This document shows, piece after piece, positions 1 to 10,728 of a stretch of DNA of 64,000 nucleotides (position 1 is the stretch's first letter; each line of letters starts with the position of its first letter). The stretch spans positions 11,842,001 through 11,906,000 of the forward strand of contig CDPCPM010000011.1 of NCBI GenBank assembly GCA_976551045.1, in the 5' to 3' direction. The position numbers were made by a program, and so were the translations under genes. The stretch is from Glaucostegus cemiculus. Its lineage: Eukaryota. The notes under the pieces were generated by a model. That model searched no databases. It saw only the letters and a list, made by a program, of their open reading frames with translations, and was not told the DNA's origin.

Positions 1-574
1 ATATGTAAAAAATGATTAGATTGTAGGATTCTTGACCACAGGGAATAGTTGATACAAATAAACATTTGAAGCAGGGTAAGTTACAGTCCTTTTGGGACAG
101 AACATGCCAGTGGGATTCTTTTCAAATTGTTATCATGAACACAATTAATCAAATGACCCTTTTCTGCACTGTAAACATCCTTCGATTATTAATTTGTCCA
201 CATGCACGTAGATCAACATTAAGCCATTTTTTCACTAATTTTTCAAAAACGTTTAAAACATGGAATAAGATAATGATCCAATAATAGATCCAAGGACTAT
301 ATTTTCTAAGTAAATCTAAATCATGTTATTACATTTTAATAAATAACATTTCCAATGTTTTAGTCCTGTGATGCTTTTTGAAGTTCTTGGGAAAGCTATC
401 TTTTTCTTCTCTCAAAATAAATACAGGAGCTATTTCTTAAAAAAAAAATCATTGAAGTAGCATACAGAGATCTGGAATATTAGCAGTTCAGGAAATGTAT
501 TTGAAAACTGCTGCAGTGTATTGCAGAATTGGTGAGAAAGGGCACATACTGTAAGAATGTGTGCACACATAGGT

Positions 575-1125
575 GGATCATAGGTGTCTCGCTTCCATCC
601 CTCGTAGACATATACAAAGACCATTGTGTGAGGAAGACCAAAAGCATAATGGCTGACCCTTCTCACCCCTCCCACCACCTCTTCACGATTTTGCCATCAG
701 GGACGAGGCTTAAATGTATCAGGGCAAGAACGACCAGGCTGAACAATAGCTTCTTTCCGCAAGCCATCAGAACTGCAAACTCTCTCATCCCTCCATCTTC
801 CTTTGTTAACACTAAGAGATGCTAGGTGCACAGAAATGCACCTAGCATCGTGCAGAAATGCACCGTTCACTTTAGTAACTATTTAGTTATTTACCGGCCA
901 TTTTTAATTTAATCTGCGTAACAATTTAATTTCAACCTCCATAGCTTCTAATGTGTAATGTTTTGTACTGTGTATTCTGCCAAGTGTGTATGTGTGTCTC
1001 TGTTGGTTGTTATGTTATTTTTATGGGACGAGCACCTGAGGAGGACGGTATCTCGATCCTATGCATACTAAGTATGTATATGGTTGTGACAATAAAACTG
1101 ATTCTGATTCTGATTCTGATTCTGA
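575..1125 (+). mobile_element. Rex1/Babar-type LINE, 5'-truncated 3' end with (ATTCTG)n tail
   Basis: Encodes IIGVSLPSLVDIY..DPSHPSHHLFTILPSG..RTTRLNNSFFPQAIR (Rex1 ORF C-terminus). AATAAA at 1091 is followed by four ATTCTG units. Near-identical to 2717-3249. Confidence 0.9.
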
Positions 1126-2069
1126 CATGTGTATGCTTGTATAGGCATGCACCCAGGCACATTGTCTATATTTCTGCTGGATAATGAACGATCCAAGTAC
1201 ATTGTACATGGCGTTATATTCACAAATTAAATTCACAAAAAACACACACATTAGATTCACAGCCACTCTTCCTTCCTGACTTAATTTGCATCTTCTGGCA
1301 CTCTGAATGTGTTAGGAGTGACATTTATGGCCATCAGGAATCATACAATTGAAACATTGTATTAAGATATTCATCCCCCATTGAATGTACTAAATATATT
1401 TGCCTGTTGAATTCTGCATTTGAAATTCAGAATCAAATTTAAAAAAAACTGAATTCAGTGTGAACATGTTATTATTGTCGTTCATTTAGCACATAGAGGA
1501 TGGATTTCTAGCTCATTGACTTTAAACACCCCGTAGCAATGGGTTAAGTATTTGAATCAAAATGGACATCTATCATGCATAATTACTGACAGTTAGCAGA
1601 TATGCATCAAGGAGGAGATTACAATCAATCTTAAATATTATCTATTTGTGGGGACTACCAAAAGTAAGTCTTAACAGGAATTTGTATATCACAGCGTTTC
1701 AGTTGTTAATTGGTGAACAATGGAACTATTGGGAAACTGCTGTTAATGGAATTTGTTTTACTGACATTTGTTTATTATCTTTTTGATACAGAGTTAATTG
1801 CACAGCAAGAGGCATTTGTGAGCCAGCAGACATCCAGAGAGGCCTCATTTGGTTGCTGACTATCTAGACAATTGCAATTTGTAGAAATTTGGTTTCTGAT
1901 TCTTCTGTTCTTGCATATAGACTATTATTGCAAGTGTCCTGCAAGGTAAATTATTAGTTGTCCATTGCACAGCTTAGTAGTGCTCTAAATTTACCCCTCA
2001 TGAAATAATACGCAACAAATTTGCATTAGATCTGAAAATGCTGTAGTTTAAGTTGAGACATAGGGGAAG

Positions 2070-3249
2070 TAACAACTGGATACTGGATTTTCTCACTTGC
2101 AGGCCGCAGTCAGTCAGAATTGGTGAAAACACCTCAAGCACCATCACACTGAGCACTGGCTCCCCACAGGGTTGTGTGCTCAGTCCGCTCCTGTTCACCT
2201 TGTTGACTCACGACTGTGAGGCCAGATCCAGCTCCAACCGCATTGTCAAATTTGCCGATGACACGACAGTGGTGGGTCTTGTCATGGGTGATGATGAGTC
2301 GGACTACAGAGAGGAGGTGAAACAACTAGCCATGTGGTGCTATGACAACATCCTCTCCTTGAATGTGGATAAAACCAAGGAGATGATAGTGGATTTTAGG
2401 AGGGGTCACCGTGTGCACGCCCCGCTGGCCATCAACGGGTCTGCTGTGGAACACGTATGCAGCACCAAGTTCCTGGGGGTGCACATCACCGACGACCTGA
2501 CCTGGTCCACTAACATTACGGCCCTCACGAAGAAAGCTCAGAAACGCCTCTACTTCCTGTGGAGACTGAGGAAAGCAAACTCCCATCCCTCTGTCATGAA
2601 AACCTTCTATAGAGGGACCATTGAGAGCATCCTAACCTAATGTATCACTGTTTGGTTTGGAAGCTGCTCAGCTGCTGGGCGGAAGTCCCTCCAGGGGATA
2701 GTTAGGGCTGCGGAGAGGATCATAGGTGTCTCGCTTCCATCCCTCGCAGACATATACAAAGACCGTTGTGTGAGGAAGACCAAAAGCATAATGGCCGACC
2801 CTTCTCACCCCTCCCATCACCTCTTTACAATTTTGCCATCAGGGAAGAGGCTTAAATGTATCAGGGCAAGAACGACCAGGCTGAACAATAGCTTCTTTCC
2901 GCAAGCCATCAGAACTGCAAACTCTCTCGTCCCTCCATCTTCCTTGTTAACACTAAGAGATGCTAGGTGCACAGAAATGCACCAGCACTTTAAATGCCCG
3001 CCACCAGCCTGTTCACTTTAATGACTATTTATTTATTTACTGGCCATTTTTAATTTAATCTGCGTATTAATTTAATTTTAACTTCCGTAGTTTTTAATGT
3101 TTAATGTTTTTTAATGTTTATTCTGTTAAGTGTGTCTGTGTGTCTCTGTTGGTTGTTATTTAATGGGATGAGCACCTGAGGAGGACGGTATCTCACTCCT
3201 ATGCATACTATGTATGTATATGGTTGTGACAATAAAACTGATTCTGATT
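2070..3249 (+). mobile_element. Rex1/Babar-type LINE, 5'-truncated; RT C-terminal half, 3'UTR and ATTCTG tail
   Basis: ORF 2053-2640 contains [45 protein letters not shown] and [10 protein letters not shown]. The frame continues after a single TAA (2638-2640) into ORF 2770-3021. CpGs are retained, so the copy is young. Confidence 0.93.
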
Positions 3250-3321
3250 TTCTGAAAGGCTTGAATACTAATGGATAGGTTCCACATGCAGAGGGATAGA
3301 GTATCAGGCAAGTAATCAATC

Positions 3322-3452
3322 CAGATCAATGGTCTCGACCTGAAATGTCCACTGTCCATTTCTCTCCACAGATGCTGCCTGACCAATTGAGTTCCTCCAG
3401 CGTTTTCTGCATTGCTTCATATTCCAGCATCTGCAGTCTCTTGTGTCTCCAG
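3322..3452 (+). repeat. Chondrichthyan Penelope-like terminal repeat fragment
   Basis: GGTCTCGACCTGAAA..CACAGATGCTGCCTGACC..TGAGTTCCTCCAGC..CCAGCATCTGCAGTC. The same motif recurs at 8847, 42805, 43140, 49110 and 58135. Confidence 0.65.
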
Positions 3453-4324
3453 GTAATCCAATAGATTGAATCTCCCTCAGTGCTGCGGAATTTTAATTTT
3501 AATTCTAGGTACCTGACTGGGTTTTCCACCTGGAAGTCTGCCAGAATTTGCATCCGGTCAGTCAGGATGTAATTCCTATTCTTGTGGCAGGGTCAGTATT
3601 GGAGCAGTCCAGTGTCAGAGACCCTTGCATGGTGTCTGATCTGATGTGTGGGAGAGTGGTGGATCTCGGGAGCACTCATGTTCTTCCAGGCTCAGAAGCA
3701 ATGCAGTAAAGGCAATTAGCTTCTCCATAAAGCTGTGCACACTTCATTTGTCAGTTTCCTGGGGTTCAGAGAAGCTCAGCCACTGCTGTAAAATCAGTGT
3801 CAATAAATTAGATGCTGTGAAATTCATGAGTTATTCAAATTGCAAGCAAAACTCTGGAATAGGATTGGCTGCCATTCTCTTTTCCTGTCTACCCAAAGCT
3901 CTGAAGTAAATGGTTGGTTATAGACAGAGGTCAGAATCCGAATTTTAAACTGTTGACTTTTGACCTGAACCCAGTTGGCCTGACTTTATTAACGAATTCA
4001 GACCTTCATGTGAGCAAGCCTTTTTACAGCTAACTAAAGAATTGGAGGATGAGCTTTGCCAGGGAGCTGCACTGCCCATATTTGATTTGGTTTTCATGTG
4101 TATTGCAGGATACCACAGGCCAAAATGACTAAAGATGAAAATCATTGACTTATACAAAGCTCAATGACCTAATTGCCCTCATTGGTATATTTGCAGATTT
4201 GAGCCTCTTGCTCATTATGAAAGCACTTAATTCAGGGGAATACTGAATATATTTTGCCAGAAACATATTCCTTCAAATGCGACACTAACCCAAGTTTCTT
4301 CCTGCCAAGGAAATGACCGAGTCA

Positions 4325-4545
4325 CTCTCCCAGCTAACCCTGTCAACATTCCTCCCTCAATCAATCGATGCAAAGTGAGACACATCATTCGCCTCTTTGC
4401 TGTATGTAGAACAAAGCTGGTGTAGGATAGCTACATCATCAGTGCTCCATTGGCTATTATTTTATATCATAAAGCACGTTGTAATCTCTTCTGCCAGTAT
4501 GTAAAATAAGTTGGCAGACGGTATGGTAAATGCAAGACTTTTAAT
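4325..4545 (+). mobile_element. Old DeuSINE/L2-tailed SINE fragment
   Basis: CCTGTCAACATTCCTCCCTCAA..TTTGCTGTATGTAG..TAAATGCAAG resembles the SacSINE1/AmnSINE 3' half; highly diverged. Confidence 0.4.
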
Positions 4546-4807
4546 TTAAAAATTGTGTTGAAAATCATTATGTGACTGGTCAAGTGTTTCTCAACATTGT
4601 TCCTGGGGCTCTGTTTTCCATTGAGCAATCTCTGTCCTTAGCAATCATGCAAAATTTCATCTAGGGTTGCTTGGTGGAGAGGGGAGGAGAATAGAGAAAG
4701 ACTGTTTAGCTTAAGAAAAATAATGGGAACCGTGGATCTATGCTCAAGCGTGTTAAAGGCTACCTTATACACTGTGACATATTCTAAAGAAACCTTGTTC
4801 TGCTCTT

Positions 4808-5105
4808 CTTCCCAGGGTTGGTAAATTAAGAACTAAAGGGCAGAGATTTAAGGTGAGAGGGAAGAGATTTAATTGGAACCTGAGGGGCAACTTTTTCACC
4901 CAGAGGGTGGTCCATATATGGAATGAGCTGCCAGAGGAAGTGGTTGAGGCAAGTACATTAACAACATTTGAAAGACACTTGGACAGGTACATGGAAAGGA
5001 AAGGTTTAAAGAGATATGGGTCAAATGCAGGTAAATGGGGCTAGCTTAGATGGGCATCTTGGTCGGCATGGACTGGTTGGGCCAAAGGGCCTGTTTCCAT
5101 GCTGT
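4808..5105 (+). mobile_element. CR1 (HER1-like) LINE 3' end
   Basis: ORF 4853-5044 RGNFFTQRVVHIWNELPEEVVEA..FERHLDRYM is the CR1 ORF2 C-terminus. The 3'UTR reads TTGGGCCAAAGGGCCTGTTTCCATGCTGT. Confidence 0.92.
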
Positions 5106-5558
5106 GTTACTTTAGGAGCACAAGGAAAGGAAAACATGTTCCTGGAATAAACATCATGAGAAAGATCGAAGTACCACAGTACTGTCACAGTTACTATGTC
5201 ACAAAATACACAGCTTATTTGTGACCTTTAATATTAAGAGAAAGTTAAAAAATTGTTAGGGAGGTGTCTCTTGGAATGAGCTGTGAGTTGACTTTCAATA
5301 CAGAGATGCTTTTGCAGGATTCCTGCTACTTGTTCATTAACAGGTTGTCTCTGATGAGGATTCAGGTGAGTCTCTTCACTAGCTGTCAAAGGCACTGGTT
5401 GTTGCTCCTTTACAGCCTCCAGATAAGCCATTTTGCAAAAGACAGAGGAGGAGTGGGAGGAGGGAGCAGGAAAGCTGAAAAAGCGGAACAGACACAATTT
5501 CAGTCACTGACTGCTATGTTGCAATATTTTACAAGATTTCTTGGAACTAAAATTAATA

Positions 5559-5800
5559 GGGGCGGCACAATAGCGTAGCGGTTGGCACAATGCTGTTACA
5601 GCACCAGCAATTGAGGTTCGATTCCTGTCACTGACTGTAAGGAGTTTGTATGTTCTCCTGTATCTGCGTGGGTTTCCTCTGGTGCTCCAGTTTCCTCCCA
5701 CATTCTAAAAAAGACGTACGGGTAGGTTAATTTGGGGGTTTAAATTGGGCGGCGCGGACTCGTTGGGCCGTGAGGGCCTGTTACCACACTGTAAATAAAA
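5559..5800 (+). mobile_element. tRNA-derived V-SINE (HE1-like) with CR1-type tail
   Basis: A box TAGCGTAGCGG (5571), B box GGTTCGATTCC (5615), V domain GTTCTCC..TCTGCGTGGGTTTCCTCTGGTGCTCCAGTTTCCTCCCACA, tail GTTGGGCCGTGAGGGCCTGTT, then an AT-rich run to ~5850. Confidence 0.9.
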
Positions 5801-6419
5801 ATTTAATTAATTTTTTTAATTTAATTTAATTTATTTAAAATTAAATTTTTAATGGCTCTACAAGAATCATTTGTTTGAGGGGACCACTAGTTAGGCTATT
5901 CATTGTCAAGTACTAGTGGGTGCGCTGCATATAATCAGCCAATGAAAATTCAAAACCTCATGACAGCATTTCAATGGACTGATGGAGTGACTGCCTATTT
6001 CCTTAAATTATTTCTGTTTTGCATGATTACCCTGTACCTATCTGATAGTGAAAATGGGCATCAGTCCTATTGACCCTGGCTATGAGAGGAAACACAGTTA
6101 ACTGATGCAATAAAAATTTAGTTAATCCTCATTTTGAGCACCTTACATTTTTGGAATAGATCATTCACCTCTCATAGGAAGAAAGATATATCTAGTGATA
6201 AAGATATATCAAGAAAGCCTCCTTGATTCTTATGGATAGTGAACAGTATCCATGATATTAAACTATATAGATCAGTACATTTCCAGATCAACTTATATTG
6301 AGACACTAATATTAGTAAAAGAAAGGAAAAATAATAATATTTAAAATAGGGTAATGTTCTTGTTTGGACTCACTTTCCAATAACCCCAGTTTGTAACAAA
6401 TGCACATCAGTAATGGACC

Positions 6420-6515
6420 TGATTAAGCTTGGCTGTGATGTTGCCACAGTCAAGTAACTTGCTGACACTCACTGTCTAGGGGTCGCACATGATAAATGGC
6501 CAGTTGCCTAAGATA
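6420..6515 (+). mobile_element. Ancient SINE fragment (LF-SINE-like; related pieces near 15730-15950 and 57290-57530)
   Basis: CTTGGCTGTGATG..TGACACTCACTGTCTAGG..CACATGATAAATGGCCA recognised from memory of elasmobranch ancient SINEs. Confidence 0.35.
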
Positions 6516-8824
6516 AAGGACTGTCAGTGCCTGTGGAAACATATCCTGCCAATGAATTACTGCCTTTAGGAAGGAGAGGAAAGAATAGAGGAGAACCTTG
6601 AAGGGTGGGAAACAGGAGAACGTAAATGTTAATCATTATTCTTTGTGTCAGAGGAACCGTTATGTCAGACTCCCTCTGTTTTTGAAAAATGCCTTCTGCC
6701 ATGACTCAACCATAGATCCTGGAAAATTAAATATCAACAAATTCCGGTGGTTCCCAGCAATGTAGAAATCTCCAATAGCTGAACAGTGTCAGAAAGTCTT
6801 TTAAAATCAAGTTGGTCTATATATTATTCAGCAATTAATGACAGAACCAATCAGCAAGGCAATCCACCGCATTGTTTAAGACAACTGAAACAAAGGGTAG
6901 AAAGTGTTTCCTAATACGTATGTAGTTCTACACATTGATCTATAAGAAGTAAAAGAGTGATGTCAATTAAAACATTTTGCTGGTTCTATGATTCTGTGAC
7001 TGGTTTTATCAGAGAGATAAAGGGTAACCGCAGCTACAGTGTGAAAGGAATATATACATACTTAACAGTCTAAGCTTAAAAAGGACTGAGTCATATTGAG
7101 AGTGACAGAGGCTTGGGAGCTTGTTCTTTTTATTCACCATTTTTATGAAAGCTTTTAATGTCTTTAGAGATAACATTGATAGAATTTGCTTCAAACTAAA
7201 CTTGAAACAGGATGGTGTGAGTAATTCAGTGAATTGAATGTGATGGATATTTCTAAAATTCAGGGTCTTGTGTGATGCCTTCACCACATTAACAATGTCT
7301 GGCGGAAATCTGTCAGGAAGTAAAAATGTTTCTTTTTTGAAGTCACATCATTAAAAGATGGCCATCAATACCCTTTCTAAGAATTGAATAGGTCAAATAC
7401 ATTTTAATTTGTTTTGACATGCTATTGGCTAGTTTTGTTTTAATGCATACCTTTATTTAAACAGTGACCACAGATGGCATCTGTGCAATACTTCAATGTT
7501 GTTATGGTACAGTGCTAGGAGTTATAGAGGATGGATTGGATAGCCATGGGGGGAAAGTCAGCACAGGGATCTCCATGGTTAACCAGCACCATTGATGTAA
7601 TACAGGCACTGTGCCAACTTCATGTATTTCCCCGATTGCAGGATCCAGCCTGAAGTCAAAACTCTGCACATTTGTTAGTTACTTCAGCAGCCAGCCGATA
7701 TCATGAGTGATTGCCTCAAATTAAAGCAAGCCGGTCAGGCTTAAAACTTTTACATTGTAATAGAAAATGCTTTGTGGCTGTAGCAGGTGTTTGCAGTCAG
7801 TTTACAAATGAATCCAATCTAAGAAACACTGAAGGACTGCACAACATGGGAGCAAGTTGGATCTGTGGCTTTCTGACTGTACATTGAAAGTATGACGCAT
7901 GTTCTGTATCCAGACGGGACCAGGACATCCTTCGGCACACAGAAGAGATCGGAAGCAAATAGCTTTGGAGAATACCAGGAGCAGGCCCTATGCTCTGGAC
8001 CAGTGCTACAAGAAGTTCAATGGTCTCAAGGTTGGTGAATGCATCTTCAAATGTTATATCCCATCAACTGTACCACTATCTTCAGATAACACATTCCCAT
8101 CAATCACCCACCATCAATATAACCCACCATTAATCAAACGCACCGTCAGACCTTCACATGCTCATCACTGTTGCAAGTCCCCATCTGCATCTGATAGATT
8201 ACACACACTGCAGGTTTTCAACCAAAACAGCCTCATCACCCCAACACAGCACAGCAATCAATAACACACTTTCCTCTCTCTTGCAAGTCAAATTGATACC
8301 AACCAAGTGCAGCGGGAACTGATCAGAAGGGGCACCTACATGTCTAAGACCCCGAGGTGAACAGTGCTGGCCCTTGCTAAGGTGGCAGCTGATGGCAGTG
8401 CTGAAGGTGGGGGATCCACACACCCATTCCTTCTTCTGAAAACCCACATCCCCTTATCCCACCATTCTTTTTGATGTGCAGCATCAGATGTGCTAAGTGT
8501 ATTATATACCTGTACCTCTTACTTTTCACTATCCACTTCTTTTTCTATTTCAAGAAGTGCAGCCTGACAAAGACAGCCATCAAAGCAAAAGAATGATAAT
8601 TAAGACACTTGTCCTTTAAGATTTCAAGTGCATGGACGTTAGTTTAGAAACAGCCACTGCACATTGATGGAAACAGCACATGGAGAGACACCATTCAAAT
8701 GAAGCTAAGGAAAGTGCAGAACAGGACCCAGCTACTGAATGTACAACAAAATGTTTAGTACATTAGGAAGGATCTAGAATTCAGATTTTAATTTCAAGGA
8801 GCATGATTACAGCTTAAAGGAAGT

Positions 8825-8980
8825 AAAACAGAAAATACTGCGGTAACTCAGCAGGTCAGGCAGCATCTGTGGAAAGAGAAGCAGTCAATATGAAGGGTCA
8901 CAGAACAAAAAAGTTGACTGTTTCTCATTCCAGAGGCTGCCTAACCTGCTGAGTTTTTCCATCAGGTCCTGTTTTTGTTT
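8825..8980. repeat. Inverted pair of Penelope-like terminal fragments (MITE-like hairpin)
   Basis: CTCAGCAGGTCAGGCAGC (8847-8864) and GCTGCCTAACCTGCTGAG (8936-8953) are reverse complements at 17/18. Inner arms GAGAAGCAGTCAA and TTGACTGTTTCTC also pair. Confidence 0.75.
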
Positions 8981-9554
8981 CAAATTTCCTGTTTTTTTTT
9001 ATATTTCCAACTTGGAGAAAGGTTTTGCATGGAACTTGAACACCATCATTTCAAGCTCAGACTTCTGCCATTATGCTTGGAGATTGCAGTGTCAAAAGCA
9101 GCTCACAGTCTAACAATTAGTCCTTTAACAGATTACTAGGTTTCTTGTGTGCCATTCCAGTGGGTGGCAGTGGCTCCAAGAAGGGCAACCTGCTGTATCC
9201 TCTCAGTAGACAAAATCCAGCCTCCGCCTGTGCCCTGGGCTGTATGTCAATGGTGAGAGATGCAGCCCACAGCAGGGCTTTTGAGGTCCAGAGCTGGTTG
9301 AGATCATTCTCAAATTCCACTAAATTCAAGGAGGAGCAATGAGGATCTGGACCTAGACTTTTACAGAGCTCACAGTTGCCACAAGGCAATTGAAGAACTG
9401 TCAATGATTTAAGTACTAGCTAAGGATCAAAAAAATATTCAGGCTTACTCAAAATTATGCCATCAATTTGACTCAATGATATCATTACCACCTCAGAGTG
9501 AGATGGCTGTGGATTAAAGCTGAAAGTAACTGTTAGGGCAATATTGACCAAGTG

Positions 9555-10395
9555 TGACATGGGGAAGCCCTGGTGAGACCAAAGTTGATGGGCATCAATG
9601 GAAAAGTATTCTAATGGTTGGCATCACCCTTTGCACAAAGGAAAGTAGTTGGGACTTTGAGAGGACAACCCAGCATAACGCAGGAGTTCTTCAGGGCTGT
9701 GTCCTAGGCCTAACCACCTTCAGTGGCTTCCTGCCTTACATTGACCTACCTTACATTGACCTGCCTTACATTGTGTCAGAAGTAGATTTATAATATTTAA
9801 TTCCATTGAGGAAATGAAGTGTATGCATGCAGCAATCAGACATGGATTGATAAATGCCAAGTAACATAACTAATGTCCATTCAACAGAACTGCCAGGCAA
9901 TGATCATCGCCAACAACAGAATTTAACCACCCACCTTAACATCCAATGGAATTAACGTTGCCAATTCCACCACCATTAACGTCAGACACTTCACGGGAAC
10001 ATCCACATGAATCCCGTGGCTACAGGGGTAGGTCAGAAAGGCTGAGTTTCCTGTGACAAATGGCACACATCATGACTCCACAGAGCCCTTCCATCATCCA
10101 GATGGTATAAGAGAGGAATGTGATGGAAGATGTTCCACTTACCTAGATAATTGCCGCTCTAACAACATGGTAGAAGTTCAACAGCATTCAGAACAAACCA
10201 TCCTGCTTGAACAATGCCCATCCAAACCCTGAGTATTTCCTCCTTCCACCATTAGTGTAGGATAGCTACAGTATGTACCATGTACAAAACACTCTCCAGT
10301 TACTCCCACAGCTCCACCTAACCACGTAGGCTTGACCACCAAGAATGATAAGGTGCATGGGGACACCAGTGCTGAAGTTCTTTCCATCTAGACCT
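9555..10395 (+). mobile_element. Highly decayed non-LTR LINE RT region (CR1/L2 group)
   Basis: AGVLQGCVLGLTTFS (RT PQG motif) in ORF 9554-9793, followed by frameshifted RT C-terminal-like sequence (GTGATGGAAGATGTTCCACTT..). Confidence 0.65.
9731..9773. repeat. 15-bp tandem repeat, ~2.9 copies (CTRCCTTACATTGAC)
   Basis: ctgccttacattgac ctaccttacattgac ctgccttacattg. Confidence 0.9.
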
Positions 10396-10607
10396 GTCCA
10401 ATGAAGTGTTGGAGGGTGCTGGATGAGTCTGGGCCTGTGATCAGTGAGCTGGTGGCAAGGGTTAATTGACACCTGCATTTGGTGAGTTGGGTTATGACAT
10501 CATTGGGGTCGGGGGACTGGCAAACTAATGGAAGGGAAGTAAGAATGGGAACCTCCCTGAGTTAAGTTCCCAGCAAAGAAGCAATGTTATTCAAATTTTC
10601 AATGACA

Positions 10608-10728
10608 AGTCGTAGAGTCAAAGAGTAATACAGCACAGAAATAGGCCCTTCTGCCCAACTCATCCGTGCCAATCAAGGTGCCCACCTCAGCTAATCCCAG
10701 TTACCTGCTTTTGGCCCGTATCCCTCTG
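10608..10728 (-). mobile_element. CR1/HER1 3' tail fragment
   Basis: TACAGCACAGAAATAGGCCCTTCTGCCCAAC is the reverse complement of the tail seen at 5075-5105. Confidence 0.8.

Noticed and set aside
2053-2640. Longest ORF (195 aa) as a host gene, retron or other novel RT system
   Set aside because: It is a 5'-truncated Rex1 LINE RT with a nonsense codon and a LINE tail; no associated ncRNA or partner gene.
5351-5380. CTGATGA plus stem (GGATTCA/TGAGTCT) as a hammerhead ribozyme
   Set aside because: The essential GAAA does not follow the stem.
5559-5635. tRNA gene (A and B boxes present)
   Set aside because: No complete cloverleaf; it is the head of a V-SINE.
9731-9773. Short direct repeats as a CRISPR array (also 23925-23988, 47388-47435, 53664-53699)
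   Set aside because: Head-to-tail slippage repeats without unique spacers, in vertebrate DNA with no cas genes.
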